A stretch of DNA of 64,000 nucleotides. Source: Desulfuromonadaceae bacterium. Its GTDB lineage: Bacteria > Desulfobacterota > Desulfuromonadia > Geobacterales > Pseudopelobacteraceae. The position numbers and the translations under genes are program-made. The notes under the pieces were generated by a model, which worked only from the letters and a program-made list of their open reading frames with translations, ran no database searches and was not told where the DNA came from. The stretch lies in assembly GCA_028686055.1 (NCBI GenBank), contig JAQUCU010000001.1, positions 761 through 64,760 of the forward strand, given 5' to 3'. Shown here in pieces: positions 33,608 through 43,653 of the stretch (the stretch's first letter is position 1; every line of letters starts with the position of its first letter).

Positions 33608-33836
33608 ACACTCCGAAAGATATTTATAACTCTGTTTCAGGAGCGCAAATGTAACAGAAAGCTGCCCGATGCACAAGCTTGCAAAATGACACCGGACATT
33701 TTAGTAAGTTAGAAACAATTTCCCGCGTTTTTCTGTTAGAATATATTCCGGTTATCGCACTGGTCCCGCTTATCAGGGCTAGCGGCAGCCTAACCTGCCG
33801 TTCAGACTAAGATTGCTTCACAAGGGGGCACATACC

Positions 33837-34772
33837 ATGACTATTCTTCGCCGCGTCTTCCAACCGATCATGACCTTGATTGCCATCCAACTGGTCTGGA
33901 TCACCGTTGTAGTGTTCTGGATCTACTGGTTTATCGGCAAGAACCGTGAGTTTCGCAGTCTGGCAGAAAAATACCGCCCCGAACTGCTCAGTCAGGGGGC
34001 CAACTGGCCGATCATGGTAGAAGGGCTCGTCATGATGGTGCTGATTCTGATCGGCGTTTACGTGATCTTTCTCTACTGGAACCGCCAGTCAAATCTTTAT
34101 CTGCAGCAACGCAACATAATCTCCCAGGTGACCCATGAGCTGAAATCTCCGCTCGCTTCCATCCAGCTCCATCTGGAGACCATCCGCCTGCGCAAGCCGA
34201 CTGAAGAGCGGCTCGATTCTTTCGTAGACACCATGCTGGCCGATACCGAGCGGCTCCACTATTTGATCAACAATTTGTTAATGGCCGCCCGGCTTGAACA
34301 ACGCCGCAAGCAAACCGATCGACGGATAACCAATCTGACACAACTGGTAAACGAGCATGTCGAGCGAGAGCGGAGCACCCTGCCTCAGGGGGGGAACATT
34401 TCATTCGAAGCACCGCCATCTCTGAAGGCAATGGTCGATCCTGAAGAGATGAGCATGGTGGTTCGCAACCTGTTTGAAAATGCGGTGCTCTATTCGCCGC
34501 AAAGCCCCGACATATCGGTTCGGCTGGCCAAAACCGGGGCGTGGCTGCAACTGTCGGTACAGGATCATGGCAGGGGACTTAACAGGAAGGAACTGAAAAA
34601 AGTGTTTGACCGTTTCTACCGGGCCCAGCCTCCGGGCGACAATATACGCGGCACAGGGCTTGGTCTTTACATCGTGGAATCGGTCATCAAGGGTTATGGC
34701 GGTACGGTCGGGGTGACAAGCGACGGGCCGGGCAAAGGCTGCACGTTTACTGTAAAATTTCCAGCGGCATGA
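33837..34772 (+). CDS. Sensor histidine kinase (two TM helices, HisKA, HATPase_c)
   Basis: H-box SQVTHELKSPLASI, N-box VRNLFENAVLYS, G1 DHGRGL and G2 GTGLGLYIV. AAGGGGG precedes the ATG at 33837. Confidence 0.9.
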   Translation: MTILRRVFQPIMTLIAIQLVWITVVVFWIYWFIGKNREFRSLAEKYRPELLSQGANWPIMVEGLVMMVLILIGVYVIFLYWNRQSNLYLQQRNIISQVTHELKSPLASIQLHLETIRLRKPTEERLDSFVDTMLADTERLHYLINNLLMAARLEQRRKQTDRRITNLTQLVNEHVERERSTLPQGGNISFEAPPSLKAMVDPEEMSMVVRNLFENAVLYSPQSPDISVRLAKTGAWLQLSVQDHGRGLNRKELKKVFDRFYRAQPPGDNIRGTGLGLYIVESVIKGYGGTVGVTSDGPGKGCTFTVKFPAA

Positions 34773-34782
34773 GGAGAGCACA

Positions 34783-35493
34783 ATGACTGACGACAAACCG
34801 CATATAATGCTGGTTGAGGACGAAATTCATCTGGCTCGCGGCATCTGTTTCAACCTGGAAGAAGAGGGACTCCGGGTCAGCCATTTTGAAACGGCCGAGC
34901 GGGCTCTGGCAACACTCGAATTTGAACGGTTCAATCTGGTTATCCTGGATGTCATGCTCCCGGGAATGGATGGTTTCCAGGCGTGCCGGGCCATTAGAGC
35001 CATAGATCCGCGTGTTCCGATTCTGATGCTGACTGCCCGCTCCGAAGATTCCGACCGGGTGGAGGGGTTGGAAAACGGTGCCGACGATTACCTCACCAAA
35101 CCGTTCAATCTCGTTGAGTTTCTGCTGCGGGTCAAAGGGATGTTGCGGCGCTCATCCTGGTACCGTCCGGACCCGGTTGAAGAGGGGTATCGCTTTGGCG
35201 ATAATGAGGTTTTTCTGCTTTCTTACCGGGCCAGAACATCCCAGGGGGAGATTGATCTGACCGAGATGGAGGTACGGGTGCTGTCACTTTTCTTCCAGAA
35301 GGATGGGCAGGCGATTCATCGCAGCGAACTGCTGCAGTCCGTATGGGGGTACAGCAGCGATACTGAGACCAGAACACTGGATAATTTTATCGTCCGGCTC
35401 CGTAAATATTTTGAACCGGACCCGTCACATCCGAAACATTTCCTTACGGTTCGCGGTGTCGGGTACCGGTTCAGCCGTGAAGGTGACCAGTAA
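34783..35493 (+). CDS. OmpR-family response regulator
   Basis: Receiver domain motifs are MLVEDE and LVILDVMLPGMDG...LTKPF. The C-terminal winged helix ends in TVRGVGYRF. Confidence 0.9.
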   Translation: MTDDKPHIMLVEDEIHLARGICFNLEEEGLRVSHFETAERALATLEFERFNLVILDVMLPGMDGFQACRAIRAIDPRVPILMLTARSEDSDRVEGLENGADDYLTKPFNLVEFLLRVKGMLRRSSWYRPDPVEEGYRFGDNEVFLLSYRARTSQGEIDLTEMEVRVLSLFFQKDGQAIHRSELLQSVWGYSSDTETRTLDNFIVRLRKYFEPDPSHPKHFLTVRGVGYRFSREGDQ

Positions 35494-35526
35494 ATCTGTC
35501 TTTAGGTCATTTCGGAGCACCTTCCG

Positions 35527-35859
35527 CTAGTGATGATAGCGCCCTTTAAGTCCCTTGTGTGCTGGTGTAGGGGCTTTATGGCAGTCGAAACAGGCCTTTT
35601 CCTCGACTTTTTTCGCATCCAGCGGAGACTGCTGCCCACCCAGAGTGGGTTGATTGTATTCGGGAGTCTGGAAGGAGAGACGCCCGCGCTCATCCGCCAC
35701 CATAGACGGTTTGTATGCTACCTGCCAGTTGGCGCTGATCTCTACGGTGTGGCACTGGTCGCACCCGCCCGGAGGGGGAATGCTTTTCCAGGCGGTGAAC
35801 ATGGCACAGCCGCTGACCGCAACAACACATCCGGAAAGAAGTAAAAGGGCATATTTCAT
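35527..35859 (-). CDS. Small diheme c-type cytochrome, probable lipoprotein
   Basis: Signal/lipobox MKYALLLLSG|C and two CXXCH motifs (CDQCH, CFDCH) in 110 aa. GAGGAG precedes the ATG at 35859. Confidence 0.7.
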   Translation of the reverse strand: MKYALLLLSGCVVAVSGCAMFTAWKSIPPPGGCDQCHTVEISANWQVAYKPSMVADERGRLSFQTPEYNQPTLGGQQSPLDAKKVEEKACFDCHKAPTPAHKGLKGRYHH

Positions 35860-35923
35860 GTGGTCGCTCCTCAAAAAATCGTAACTGCGCCAACAATAGC
35901 ACAGATTAGCCTAAAGTACAGCC

Positions 35924-36751
35924 TCAAGCAGAACATTCATCCAGCCGCAGCACCCGCCGCACATTGTCCGACGTGACCCGGGCAACATTTTCCAGAGATA
36001 TCCCCCTGACACCCGCTAACCGCTCTGCTGTTTCGACTAACCAGGCCGGCCGGTTGAAAGTGCCGCGATACCGTTGAGGAGTCATGTCCGGGGCGTCGGT
36101 TTCCAACACCAGATGCTCCAGCGGCAGATCCCTTGCCACACGGAGCGGTTTAACGGCATTATTCCAGGTAACAGTCCCTGAAACCGAGATCGCAAAACCG
36201 AGCTTTATAAACTCTCGCGCCATTTCAGGGGAGCCGGAAAAGGCATGCATGATCCCACCCACCTGGTCAGTCTGTTCTTCGCGCAGAACCTGCAGAATCC
36301 TTTGGAAAGACCGCCGGCAGTGAACCAGCACCGGCAGCCCGCATTTAACGGCGATGCGGAGCTGCTCGCGAAAAACCCGCTCCTGCAGATCCAGAGACAC
36401 CGGATATCCCGGGTCAAGGCCGGTTTCGCCGATGGCAACCGCTTGTTCTGCGACCTGAAGAAGCCGTTCAAAGACCGGGCCGTCGGCACTTCCGGCATGC
36501 ATCGGGTGGATACCGAATGCCGGCATAACCAGGGGGTTTTCTGCCGCCAGCCCGGAGATCCGCCCCCAACCGTCGGGGTGCACACCCGGAACTACAAAGC
36601 ACTGCACTCCTGCATCACGGGCTCCCTGCAACAGCCCCGGAAGCGCTGAATTAAGAGGTTCCAGGTCGAGATGGCAGTGACTGTCGATCAGGTAGCCACT
36701 TTCGCGGGGGCACTCAAAGTGCCGTTTCCCGTTACGCAGCAACGCATTCAT
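35924..36751 (-). CDS. TatD-family metal-dependent hydrolase
   Basis: The N-terminal motif IDSHCHLD is typical of TatD. ATGA overlap with the upstream PLD-family gene. Confidence 0.85.
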   Translation of the reverse strand: MNALLRNGKRHFECPRESGYLIDSHCHLDLEPLNSALPGLLQGARDAGVQCFVVPGVHPDGWGRISGLAAENPLVMPAFGIHPMHAGSADGPVFERLLQVAEQAVAIGETGLDPGYPVSLDLQERVFREQLRIAVKCGLPVLVHCRRSFQRILQVLREEQTDQVGGIMHAFSGSPEMAREFIKLGFAISVSGTVTWNNAVKPLRVARDLPLEHLVLETDAPDMTPQRYRGTFNRPAWLVETAERLAGVRGISLENVARVTSDNVRRVLRLDECSA

Positions 36752-37953
36752 AAAAACCACCCGAACAGCCCGATAACGCGCTCCATTGTACGGACCAGCG
36801 TACCGCGCTGTTCATGAACATCCAGTTTCACCTGTCTGGAACCGTCAATTTCATTCAGCATCAGCGCCCTGATCTGCCCGCCGAACTGCTCGTTATCTAC
36901 CAGGCAGTTGATCTCGAAATTGCGGTGAAAACTGCGCTGATCGAGGTTTGCTGAACCGATCACCGTTCGCTCGGAGTCGATCAGCATAACCTTGGCATGA
37001 AGAATTTCCCGGTCAAGTTCGAAGATTTCAACACCGCCCCGCAGCAGCGTGGCGTATGAGCTTCTGCCGAGCAAAAGAACCAGAGGCACGTCACTGCGGG
37101 CAGGCAGCAGCAGCCTCACCTGTACGCCCCGGCGGACGGCCCGCAGCAGAAATCGGATGATGCGCGGGCCGGGTACGAAGTAAGGGGTCGCAATCAGGAT
37201 CTCTTCGGCGGCTGAGGCGATGTTGACCAGGAACGCTTCGCGGATATAGGAACGGCGCTGGTGGGGGCCGCCGCTGATGATATTGACCGTGGCATTGCCG
37301 CTTCTGCTGACTGGGTGTCCCGGCCGTTCCGCTTTGGCACTGATGTCGTCCTTACCCCCCTCACTGTTCCATGTTTCATGGAATATAGCCTCCAGCTCTC
37401 CAACCGCGTCACCCCGAATGCTGAAGCCCAGGTCACGAAAGTTCTGTTTTTCGGCCACGCAGCCGGCATACTCATCACCGATGTTGAATCCCCCCAGAAA
37501 GGCCAACGTACCGTCGACAATCGCCATCTTGCGATGGTCCCGTTTATCGAACCAGTAGACACCGCGTTTGAAAGAGGGGACATTAAAAGGGAGCAGTTTG
37601 ATACCCTGGCGGGCAAGGTGTCTGAAATATGATGAGGGTGTGTCGAGGCAGCCGATGTAATCGTAAATCAGCTTGATTTTGACACCGCGCTGGACGGCTG
37701 CGTCCAATTCACGTGCAAACTCGGAACCGATATGATCATCGTGTATGAGGTAATATTCCAACAGTATTGTCTGTTCAGCTGAACGTATCGCGTCAAAAAG
37801 CGCCTGAAAAAAATGCCGCCCGTCCTGAAAGAGTTCGACGCTGTTATTGCGGTGAGTCATCGGCACCACAAAAGGGCGCAGCCGGCCCAGCAGGCGGACT
37901 ATTCTGGACAGCCGTTTTTTATGTTTGGAGTGATTGCGGCGCACGTTGCTCAC
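36748..37953 (-). CDS. Phospholipase D / cardiolipin synthase (ClsB-like) family protein
   Basis: Two HKD motifs are present: HRKMAIVDGTLAFLGGFNIGDEY and HAKVMLIDSERTVIGSANLDQRS. An alternative start is Met32 (37860). Confidence 0.8.
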   Translation of the reverse strand: MSNVRRNHSKHKKRLSRIVRLLGRLRPFVVPMTHRNNSVELFQDGRHFFQALFDAIRSAEQTILLEYYLIHDDHIGSEFARELDAAVQRGVKIKLIYDYIGCLDTPSSYFRHLARQGIKLLPFNVPSFKRGVYWFDKRDHRKMAIVDGTLAFLGGFNIGDEYAGCVAEKQNFRDLGFSIRGDAVGELEAIFHETWNSEGGKDDISAKAERPGHPVSRSGNATVNIISGGPHQRRSYIREAFLVNIASAAEEILIATPYFVPGPRIIRFLLRAVRRGVQVRLLLPARSDVPLVLLLGRSSYATLLRGGVEIFELDREILHAKVMLIDSERTVIGSANLDQRSFHRNFEINCLVDNEQFGGQIRALMLNEIDGSRQVKLDVHEQRGTLVRTMERVIGLFGWFL

Positions 37954-37959
37954 GCTCCG

Positions 37960-38616
37960 TTATACCACCGGGATCGTCAAACTCCCGATTGTTGCTATCT
38001 CCGCCGTCATGACATCTCCGGCGCGGACCTGCCCGACCCCGGCCGGCGTACCGGTCAGGATCACATCCCCCGGCTCGAGCGTGAAGATCGCCGAGATATG
38101 GGCAACGATCTGGGGTACACGGTGGATCATGTCCGACGACCAGCCGTCCTGACGAGATTCGCCGTTGACCGCGAGCTTAAGATTCAGTGCATGGGGATCG
38201 GCTATCAGATCGGTTGGGACAAAATCAGACAAAGGACAGGAAGTGTCGAACCCTTTGGCAATCTCCCACGGCAGTCCTTTGGCTTTGAGCTGGTTCTGCA
38301 CGTCTCGAAGCGTCATGTCGATCGCCACGCCGTAGCCGGCAACGTACTCCATCGCATTTTCAGCCGAAACGCCACGGCACTCTTTGCCGATCAGAACCGC
38401 CAGCTCCACCTCGTAATGGCATTCCTGAGAGTAGGACGGTATCCTCACTACCTCACCATCAGCGATAACCGAAGAAGCCGGTTTCATGAACAGTACCGGC
38501 GCTGCCGGAGTCTCGTTGCCCAGCTCGCGGGCATGTGCGGCATAGTTACGCGCCAGGCAGACGATCTTGCCGATTGTGAATTCACGATCGGTACTGGCCA
38601 GTTTCCGTGTTGTCAT
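37960..38616 (-). CDS. Fumarylacetoacetate hydrolase (FAH) family protein
   Basis: [28 protein letters not shown] and [13 protein letters not shown]. Confidence 0.8.
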   Translation of the reverse strand: MTTRKLASTDREFTIGKIVCLARNYAAHARELGNETPAAPVLFMKPASSVIADGEVVRIPSYSQECHYEVELAVLIGKECRGVSAENAMEYVAGYGVAIDMTLRDVQNQLKAKGLPWEIAKGFDTSCPLSDFVPTDLIADPHALNLKLAVNGESRQDGWSSDMIHRVPQIVAHISAIFTLEPGDVILTGTPAGVGQVRAGDVMTAEIATIGSLTIPVV

Positions 38617-40133
38617 AGCAAACTCTCCCCGGTCATTTCCTTCGGTTGAGCTATCCCCAGCATCTTCAGCATCGTCGGAGCAACATCGGCCAGTCGGCCA
38701 CCTTCGCGCAGTTTCGAGCCCTTACGGTTGTCGTCAACCAACACCAGCCAGACCGGATTTGTTGTATGGGCGGTGAACGGCGCGCCGTTTTCATCCTGCA
38801 TCTGTTCGGCGTTTCCGTGATCTGCAGTAATCAGCACGGCCCCACCGATCTCCAGCATCTTGGTAACAATCCGGCCCGCGCAGACATCCACCGTCTCGAC
38901 CGCCCTGATCGCAGCCGCCTCGACCCCGGTATGTCCAACCATGTCGCAGTTGGCAAAGTTGAGGATGATCACGTCGTACAGATCCTGATCCAGCAGCTTC
39001 AGGAGTTTGTCCGTCACCTGGACGGCACTCATCTCCGGCTTCAGATCGTAGGTGGCGACCTCTTTCGGCGAAGGTATCAGCGCACGGTCCTCGCCCGGAA
39101 AAGGAGTTTCCACTCCGCCGTTGAAGAAAAAGGTGACGTGCGCATATTTTTCTGTCTCGGCAATCCGCAGCTGCTTCAGCCCCGCATCGGCGAGCACACC
39201 TCCCAGGATGTTGGTCAGTTCCGTGGCGCCGAACGCGATCGGCAAACCGAAGGTTGCATCGTATTCGGTCAGGCAGACATATCCGGCCAGCTTCGGCCGC
39301 TTGCGACGCTCAAAACCGGTGAAGTCATCCAGAGCGAGCGCCCTGGTAATTTCACGGGCCCGGTCGGAGCGGAAGTTGAAGAAGATGAAACCGTCACCAT
39401 CACGAACTGTTGCACCCTGGCTGACAACAACCGGCATTACGAATTCATCATGCACCCCGGCGGCATAGCTCTGCTCGATCGCCTCTTTCGCAGAAATCCG
39501 CAGTTCTCCCTCACCGCAGACGAGTGCATTGTACGCCTTCTCCACCCTCTCCCAGCGATTGTCGCGGTCCATCGCATAATAGCGTCCCATGACGGTAGCA
39601 ATCGTGCCGACGCCGATCCGCGCCATCTCCGCCTCCAGCTGTTCCAGATACTCAATCCCGCTTTGAGGTGGTGTGTCCCGACCATCCAGCAGGCAGTGAA
39701 CAAAAACCTCTTTCAACCCCTCCCGCCTGGCCAACTCAAGCAGGGCATAGAGGTGTGTGTTGTGTGAATGTACCCCCCCGTCAGAGAGCAGACCGGACAG
39801 GTGCAGCCTGCCACCGGACGCTTTGACCTTGGCAATGCAGTCGAGCAGGACCGGATTGGTGAAGAAATCACCGTCCAGAATGGATTTGGTGACGCGGGTC
39901 AGTTCCTGGTAGACAACCCGGCCGGCGCCGAGGTTCAGATGCCCGACCTCGGAGTTGCCCATCTGCCCCTCCGGCAGGCCGACCGCCATCCCGGAGGTGC
40001 GGATCGAAGTATGCGGATAGTCTTTCAGATATCTTGTCAGGTTGGGGGTTTTCGCCATGGCAACAGCGTTGTGGGCGGGATTGGGGTTGATCCCCCAGCC
40101 GTCGAGGATCATCAGCAGCAGCGGTTTTTTCAT
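38613..40133 (-). CDS. gpmI: 2,3-bisphosphoglycerate-independent phosphoglycerate mutase
   Basis: [28 protein letters not shown] and [12 protein letters not shown] 40133 is preferred; 40154 is possible. Confidence 0.93.
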   Translation of the reverse strand: MKKPLLLMILDGWGINPNPAHNAVAMAKTPNLTRYLKDYPHTSIRTSGMAVGLPEGQMGNSEVGHLNLGAGRVVYQELTRVTKSILDGDFFTNPVLLDCIAKVKASGGRLHLSGLLSDGGVHSHNTHLYALLELARREGLKEVFVHCLLDGRDTPPQSGIEYLEQLEAEMARIGVGTIATVMGRYYAMDRDNRWERVEKAYNALVCGEGELRISAKEAIEQSYAAGVHDEFVMPVVVSQGATVRDGDGFIFFNFRSDRAREITRALALDDFTGFERRKRPKLAGYVCLTEYDATFGLPIAFGATELTNILGGVLADAGLKQLRIAETEKYAHVTFFFNGGVETPFPGEDRALIPSPKEVATYDLKPEMSAVQVTDKLLKLLDQDLYDVIILNFANCDMVGHTGVEAAAIRAVETVDVCAGRIVTKMLEIGGAVLITADHGNAEQMQDENGAPFTAHTTNPVWLVLVDDNRKGSKLREGGRLADVAPTMLKMLGIAQPKEMTGESLL

Positions 40134-40150
40134 AAGTACGACCTTTCGGA

Positions 40151-40609
40151 TCAATGATGATAAGGCTCGTTGTTCAATATCGTAAAAGCCCGGTAGATCT
40201 GCTCCAGCAGGAAGGCCCTGACCATCTGGTGGGTAAAGGTCATCTTTGACAGTGCCAGCAGCTTGCCGCGACGACGGAATTCTTCGGAGAAGCCGTAAGC
40301 GCCGCCGATGGCAAAAATCAGCTCGCCAACCCCGCTGTCACGCTGCCGGCCGACAAAGGACGCCAGCCCTGGTGAGTCCATCTGCTCACCACGTTCATCC
40401 AGCAGGACCAGTGTTGCGCCGGGTGGGATCTGCTTTTCCAGCCGTTCGCACTCACGGCGGCGCATATCTTCGGCTGCGGCCCCCTTCTCGTCGCGGATAT
40501 CGACCAGCTCCAGCGGAGAGTAGCGGCGGATGCGACCGGCGTATTCATCGATCGCATCCTTGACCCACGGGTCACGGCTCTTGCCGACCCAGAGCACCTT
40601 GATTTTCAA
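40151..40609 (-). CDS. rlmH: 23S rRNA (pseudouridine1915-N3)-methyltransferase
   Basis: SPOUT fold of 152 aa with [10 protein letters not shown] and FTHQMVR. It sits in the conserved nadD-rsfS-rlmH order. Confidence 0.9.
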   Translation of the reverse strand: MKIKVLWVGKSRDPWVKDAIDEYAGRIRRYSPLELVDIRDEKGAAAEDMRRRECERLEKQIPPGATLVLLDERGEQMDSPGLASFVGRQRDSGVGELIFAIGGAYGFSEEFRRRGKLLALSKMTFTHQMVRAFLLEQIYRAFTILNNEPYHH

Positions 40610-41019
40610 TAATCCGATTCCTTGCGGGAAGCCTTGATTTCAGGAGGCAGCTCAAGTTCTGGTGCCATGCCCCAGAGGCCGTCCAGATCGTAATAGCGGC
40701 GGATCTGATCATGGAAGATATGTACGAGCACATCTCCATAATCCATCACGATCCATTTGCCATCATTGGCCCCCTCGATATCGTTGACCTTGCCGTACTT
40801 CTTCAATCCGGTGCGGATGTTGTCGGCAATGGCCTGGTTCTGTTTGTCCGAAGAGCCGGAGATGATTACCATATAGTCGGCAATCGACGAGACTCGTGAG
40901 ATATCGCGCACACAGATATCATAAGCCTTTTTGTCATACGCCAGCTCGGCGCATTTGAGGGCACGTTCGGCGGCTGTCAGGGTCGTCTTTTCGTCAGTTT
41001 CTGTTTTTTTTACTGGCAT
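40606..41019 (-). CDS. rsfS: Ribosome silencing factor
   Basis: ADYMVIISGSSDKQNQAI and WIVMDYGDVLVHIF; located between nadD and rlmH. Confidence 0.9.
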   Translation of the reverse strand: MPVKKTETDEKTTLTAAERALKCAELAYDKKAYDICVRDISRVSSIADYMVIISGSSDKQNQAIADNIRTGLKKYGKVNDIEGANDGKWIVMDYGDVLVHIFHDQIRRYYDLDGLWGMAPELELPPEIKASRKESDY

Positions 41020-41660
41020 TGGCTGTAGATCCTTTGCTGCGAGATATATTCTGCTACGTCGTGTGGTACATACCTGCTGATATCGCCTCCAGTGGCGGCG
41101 AGCCGGCGGATTTCAGTTGAAGAGAGCTCCAGCGGCGAACCCATGATAAAAATTATCCTGGTGCCTGACTCATGAGTCAGGCACCCTGTTTTGGCATCAA
41201 AGGTGAAATCCCCCCTGACAACCTCCGGCAGGGCTCCAATCGGATTGGTAACCGGACAGCCGGGGCGCTCGACCACGATCAGATTGCACGAGCGGAATAT
41301 GTCGGCATAGCGGTACCAGGTGCCGATCTCGATAAAAGAATCCCCGCCGATGATGAAGAACAGATCATCATCCGGAAAGCGCTCCCTGAAGGCCCGAATG
41401 GTATCAATCGAATAGGACTTGCCGCCCCGTTCCTTCTCGAGCGTTGACATCTCGAAATCCGCCCTGCCGGCGAGAGCCATGCTGACCATTCTTGAGCGGC
41501 TTTCAAACGACACGTTCCCCGCCAGTGGTTTGTGCGGAGGGTCGGCCGCCGGGATAAATATGATCCGGTCAAGCAGACAGGCGTCCTGTGCCTCTGTGGC
41601 AATACGAAGATGGGCATTGTGTATCGGATTGAAGCTCCCCCCCAGAAGGCCTATTCTCAT
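41010..41660 (-). CDS. nadD: Nicotinate-nucleotide adenylyltransferase
   Basis: GLLGGSFNPIHNAHL (the HxGH-type motif), with ISSTEIR-like SSTEIRR near the C-terminus. Confidence 0.9.
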   Translation of the reverse strand: MRIGLLGGSFNPIHNAHLRIATEAQDACLLDRIIFIPAADPPHKPLAGNVSFESRSRMVSMALAGRADFEMSTLEKERGGKSYSIDTIRAFRERFPDDDLFFIIGGDSFIEIGTWYRYADIFRSCNLIVVERPGCPVTNPIGALPEVVRGDFTFDAKTGCLTHESGTRIIFIMGSPLELSSTEIRRLAATGGDISRYVPHDVAEYISQQRIYSQCQ

Positions 41661-42790
41661 GTCGTCAGGATCTTGCTTTTTATGATCAGCATTTCAAATG
41701 CCAGTGATGCCTTGTATACCAGCTTCTGGAGTTCCTGAAGTCTCTTGCCTAACGCTTCCATTTCAGCTGAGACAACCACGACAGCCACGATTTTTTTGAG
41801 CATGATAATCGGCAGCACCAGCAACGGCGTGCCTGGACCGGACCGCAGGGACTTGAGGAGCTGCAGGTTCCCTGGTGTTTGAATCAGGTTGCCCATTACA
41901 AACTGTCCGGTAACGAGTACATCCCTGATCACCGACGGCTTGGTCAGGAGTATATTCAGGCTTTCCAGCTCTTCGAGGCGCTTTCCTGCGGCGATCCCGC
42001 GCCAGCCGATTGCCATGTTGCCCCGAATAATAAACAGAGCGCCGACACTGAATTCCTGGCCCAGATATTTTATAAAGACAGACGCAATCTGGTCACGTTT
42101 TTTTGCTGAGGCAAACTCAAGCGAAAGCCGGTCTATTGTATAAAGCTCGACCCCGCCCAAATATGCTGCATGGTCATCGTCAGGGCCATAAAGGTTGGCA
42201 AACCCCTCGAATTCAAGCGGTATTTCAATATTGAGCAGTTCCCCGCTGTCTGTAAGCATCGGAACCTCAATTTTTTCAGTTTTTTTGATAGTTGCCGCAA
42301 CTGGAACGGTTCTCCGTTTCCCGGTGAGCTCCCCTTCTATCCGAAGGTAACGGATATCGCCCCGGATATTATAGTATTTTGAAAGGGCCGAGGTTATTCG
42401 GACATCCGGTACAATGTGTGGAAGTATGACACAACCGGTGACGAATGCCACCTCATCAATCGCTTTAAAATCAGCTGGATCCGCCATGGCCAGTGACAGT
42501 TTTTTACCTTCGCACCTGATCGGCACCACCCGGTATTTCCCTGCCATCTCGGCAGGCACCATGGAAAGTACTTCAGGTGATATCCACGACATGTCCCGTG
42601 GAGATGCCGCCGGAACCCCCAGTTTGCGGCTTAGAAAAAGGCACAGCTGCTTGTCGGATAGAAACCCCAGTTCAATCAGGGCACTCCCCAGCTTGATACC
42701 GAATATCGTCTGATTTTTGAGCGCTTCATCAAGCTGCTCCGTGGTAATCAGTTTTTCCTTCAGCAGCATTTCGCCGAGTTTGATCGCCAT
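41657..42790 (-). CDS. T2SSE_N/MshEN-domain protein without an ATPase domain (C-terminal about 230 aa unassigned)
   Basis: The N-terminus holds two tandem 24-aa MshEN-type motifs, KLGEMLLKEKLITTEQLDEALKNQ and KLGSALIELGFLSDKQLCLFLSRK, separated by a 5-aa spacer. A GspE-N-like segment follows (VLSMVPAEMAGKYRVVPI). I found no Walker A or B in the 377 aa. Confidence 0.65.
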   Translation of the reverse strand: MAIKLGEMLLKEKLITTEQLDEALKNQTIFGIKLGSALIELGFLSDKQLCLFLSRKLGVPAASPRDMSWISPEVLSMVPAEMAGKYRVVPIRCEGKKLSLAMADPADFKAIDEVAFVTGCVILPHIVPDVRITSALSKYYNIRGDIRYLRIEGELTGKRRTVPVAATIKKTEKIEVPMLTDSGELLNIEIPLEFEGFANLYGPDDDHAAYLGGVELYTIDRLSLEFASAKKRDQIASVFIKYLGQEFSVGALFIIRGNMAIGWRGIAAGKRLEELESLNILLTKPSVIRDVLVTGQFVMGNLIQTPGNLQLLKSLRSGPGTPLLVLPIIMLKKIVAVVVVSAEMEALGKRLQELQKLVYKASLAFEMLIIKSKILTT

Positions 42791-42813
42791 GATTTTCCTC
42801 TTTGCGGATGACG

Positions 42814-43653
42814 CTACAGAATCTGAGGCGACAGCAGCGTGCCCCTGATCGGTACCTTATAGACACCGGGAGAGGTCATAAACTTTGCCAGCAGCATAAA
42901 GACCAGCTTCTGTTTTTCCAGAAAGTTCGGTTTGGGCATAATCTCCATGGTCATGTTCAGAGGTGTCACGGCGGCATTTGCTCCCGACGGGATGTCACCC
43001 GAAAGCCGCATGTAAATGCCGTCACCTTCAAGCGTAAAACTCTCCAGACGTGCCTTTCCGTCACTGACTCTGATCATCCCCTGTGTTTTCAGTCCGGCAG
43101 CATCAGGCAGAGGGAACGCTCCCATTTTGACACCGGAAAATTCAAGCTGTTTCACCTCCAGCTTCAGGTCGCCGCTCAAACCCTTTGCCCCACGCTGTAA
43201 CGTACCCTGGGCCCAGAGATTTCCGGCCGCCTTGGCGCCAAGGACGCTCTTGATAAATGGTATCTCGGCAAGAGATATGCCATCTGTCTCCAGATCGAGG
43301 GCGTCTTTACCGTTCAGTGCATATCTGGCGTCAAGACGCCCTTTTCCGATCGTCGCCCGCCCTGAAATAACGGCCCGCCCGGTTAAAAGAGGAAGCAGCA
43401 AAATCCTGACCTGCAGACGCTGGCAGCTGAGCAGTGCTCCATGGTCTGAGGAAAGGAGCAGGTTGTCCCATGCCAGGCCTGGCAGTAATGTCTTGTGGAC
43501 CGCCGGAGAAAGCGTTAATCCCTGTTGCGACAGAGCCCGTGCAAGTACGGCGTCAATCCTCCCCGTAGGGAACAACAGATAGCAGAACAGCAGAAAAAGA
43601 ACCAGGCCGGTCGCCAGAAATGCGGTTCCCCGTACCAGCAGCACACTTTTCAA
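42814..43653 (-). CDS. gspN: Type II secretion system protein GspN-like
   Basis: A single N-terminal TM helix (AFLATGLVLFLLFCYLLF) is followed by a beta-rich periplasmic domain. The gene sits directly after gspM with an ATGA overlap. Confidence 0.6.
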   Translation of the reverse strand: MKSVLLVRGTAFLATGLVLFLLFCYLLFPTGRIDAVLARALSQQGLTLSPAVHKTLLPGLAWDNLLLSSDHGALLSCQRLQVRILLLPLLTGRAVISGRATIGKGRLDARYALNGKDALDLETDGISLAEIPFIKSVLGAKAAGNLWAQGTLQRGAKGLSGDLKLEVKQLEFSGVKMGAFPLPDAAGLKTQGMIRVSDGKARLESFTLEGDGIYMRLSGDIPSGANAAVTPLNMTMEIMPKPNFLEKQKLVFMLLAKFMTSPGVYKVPIRGTLLSPQIL

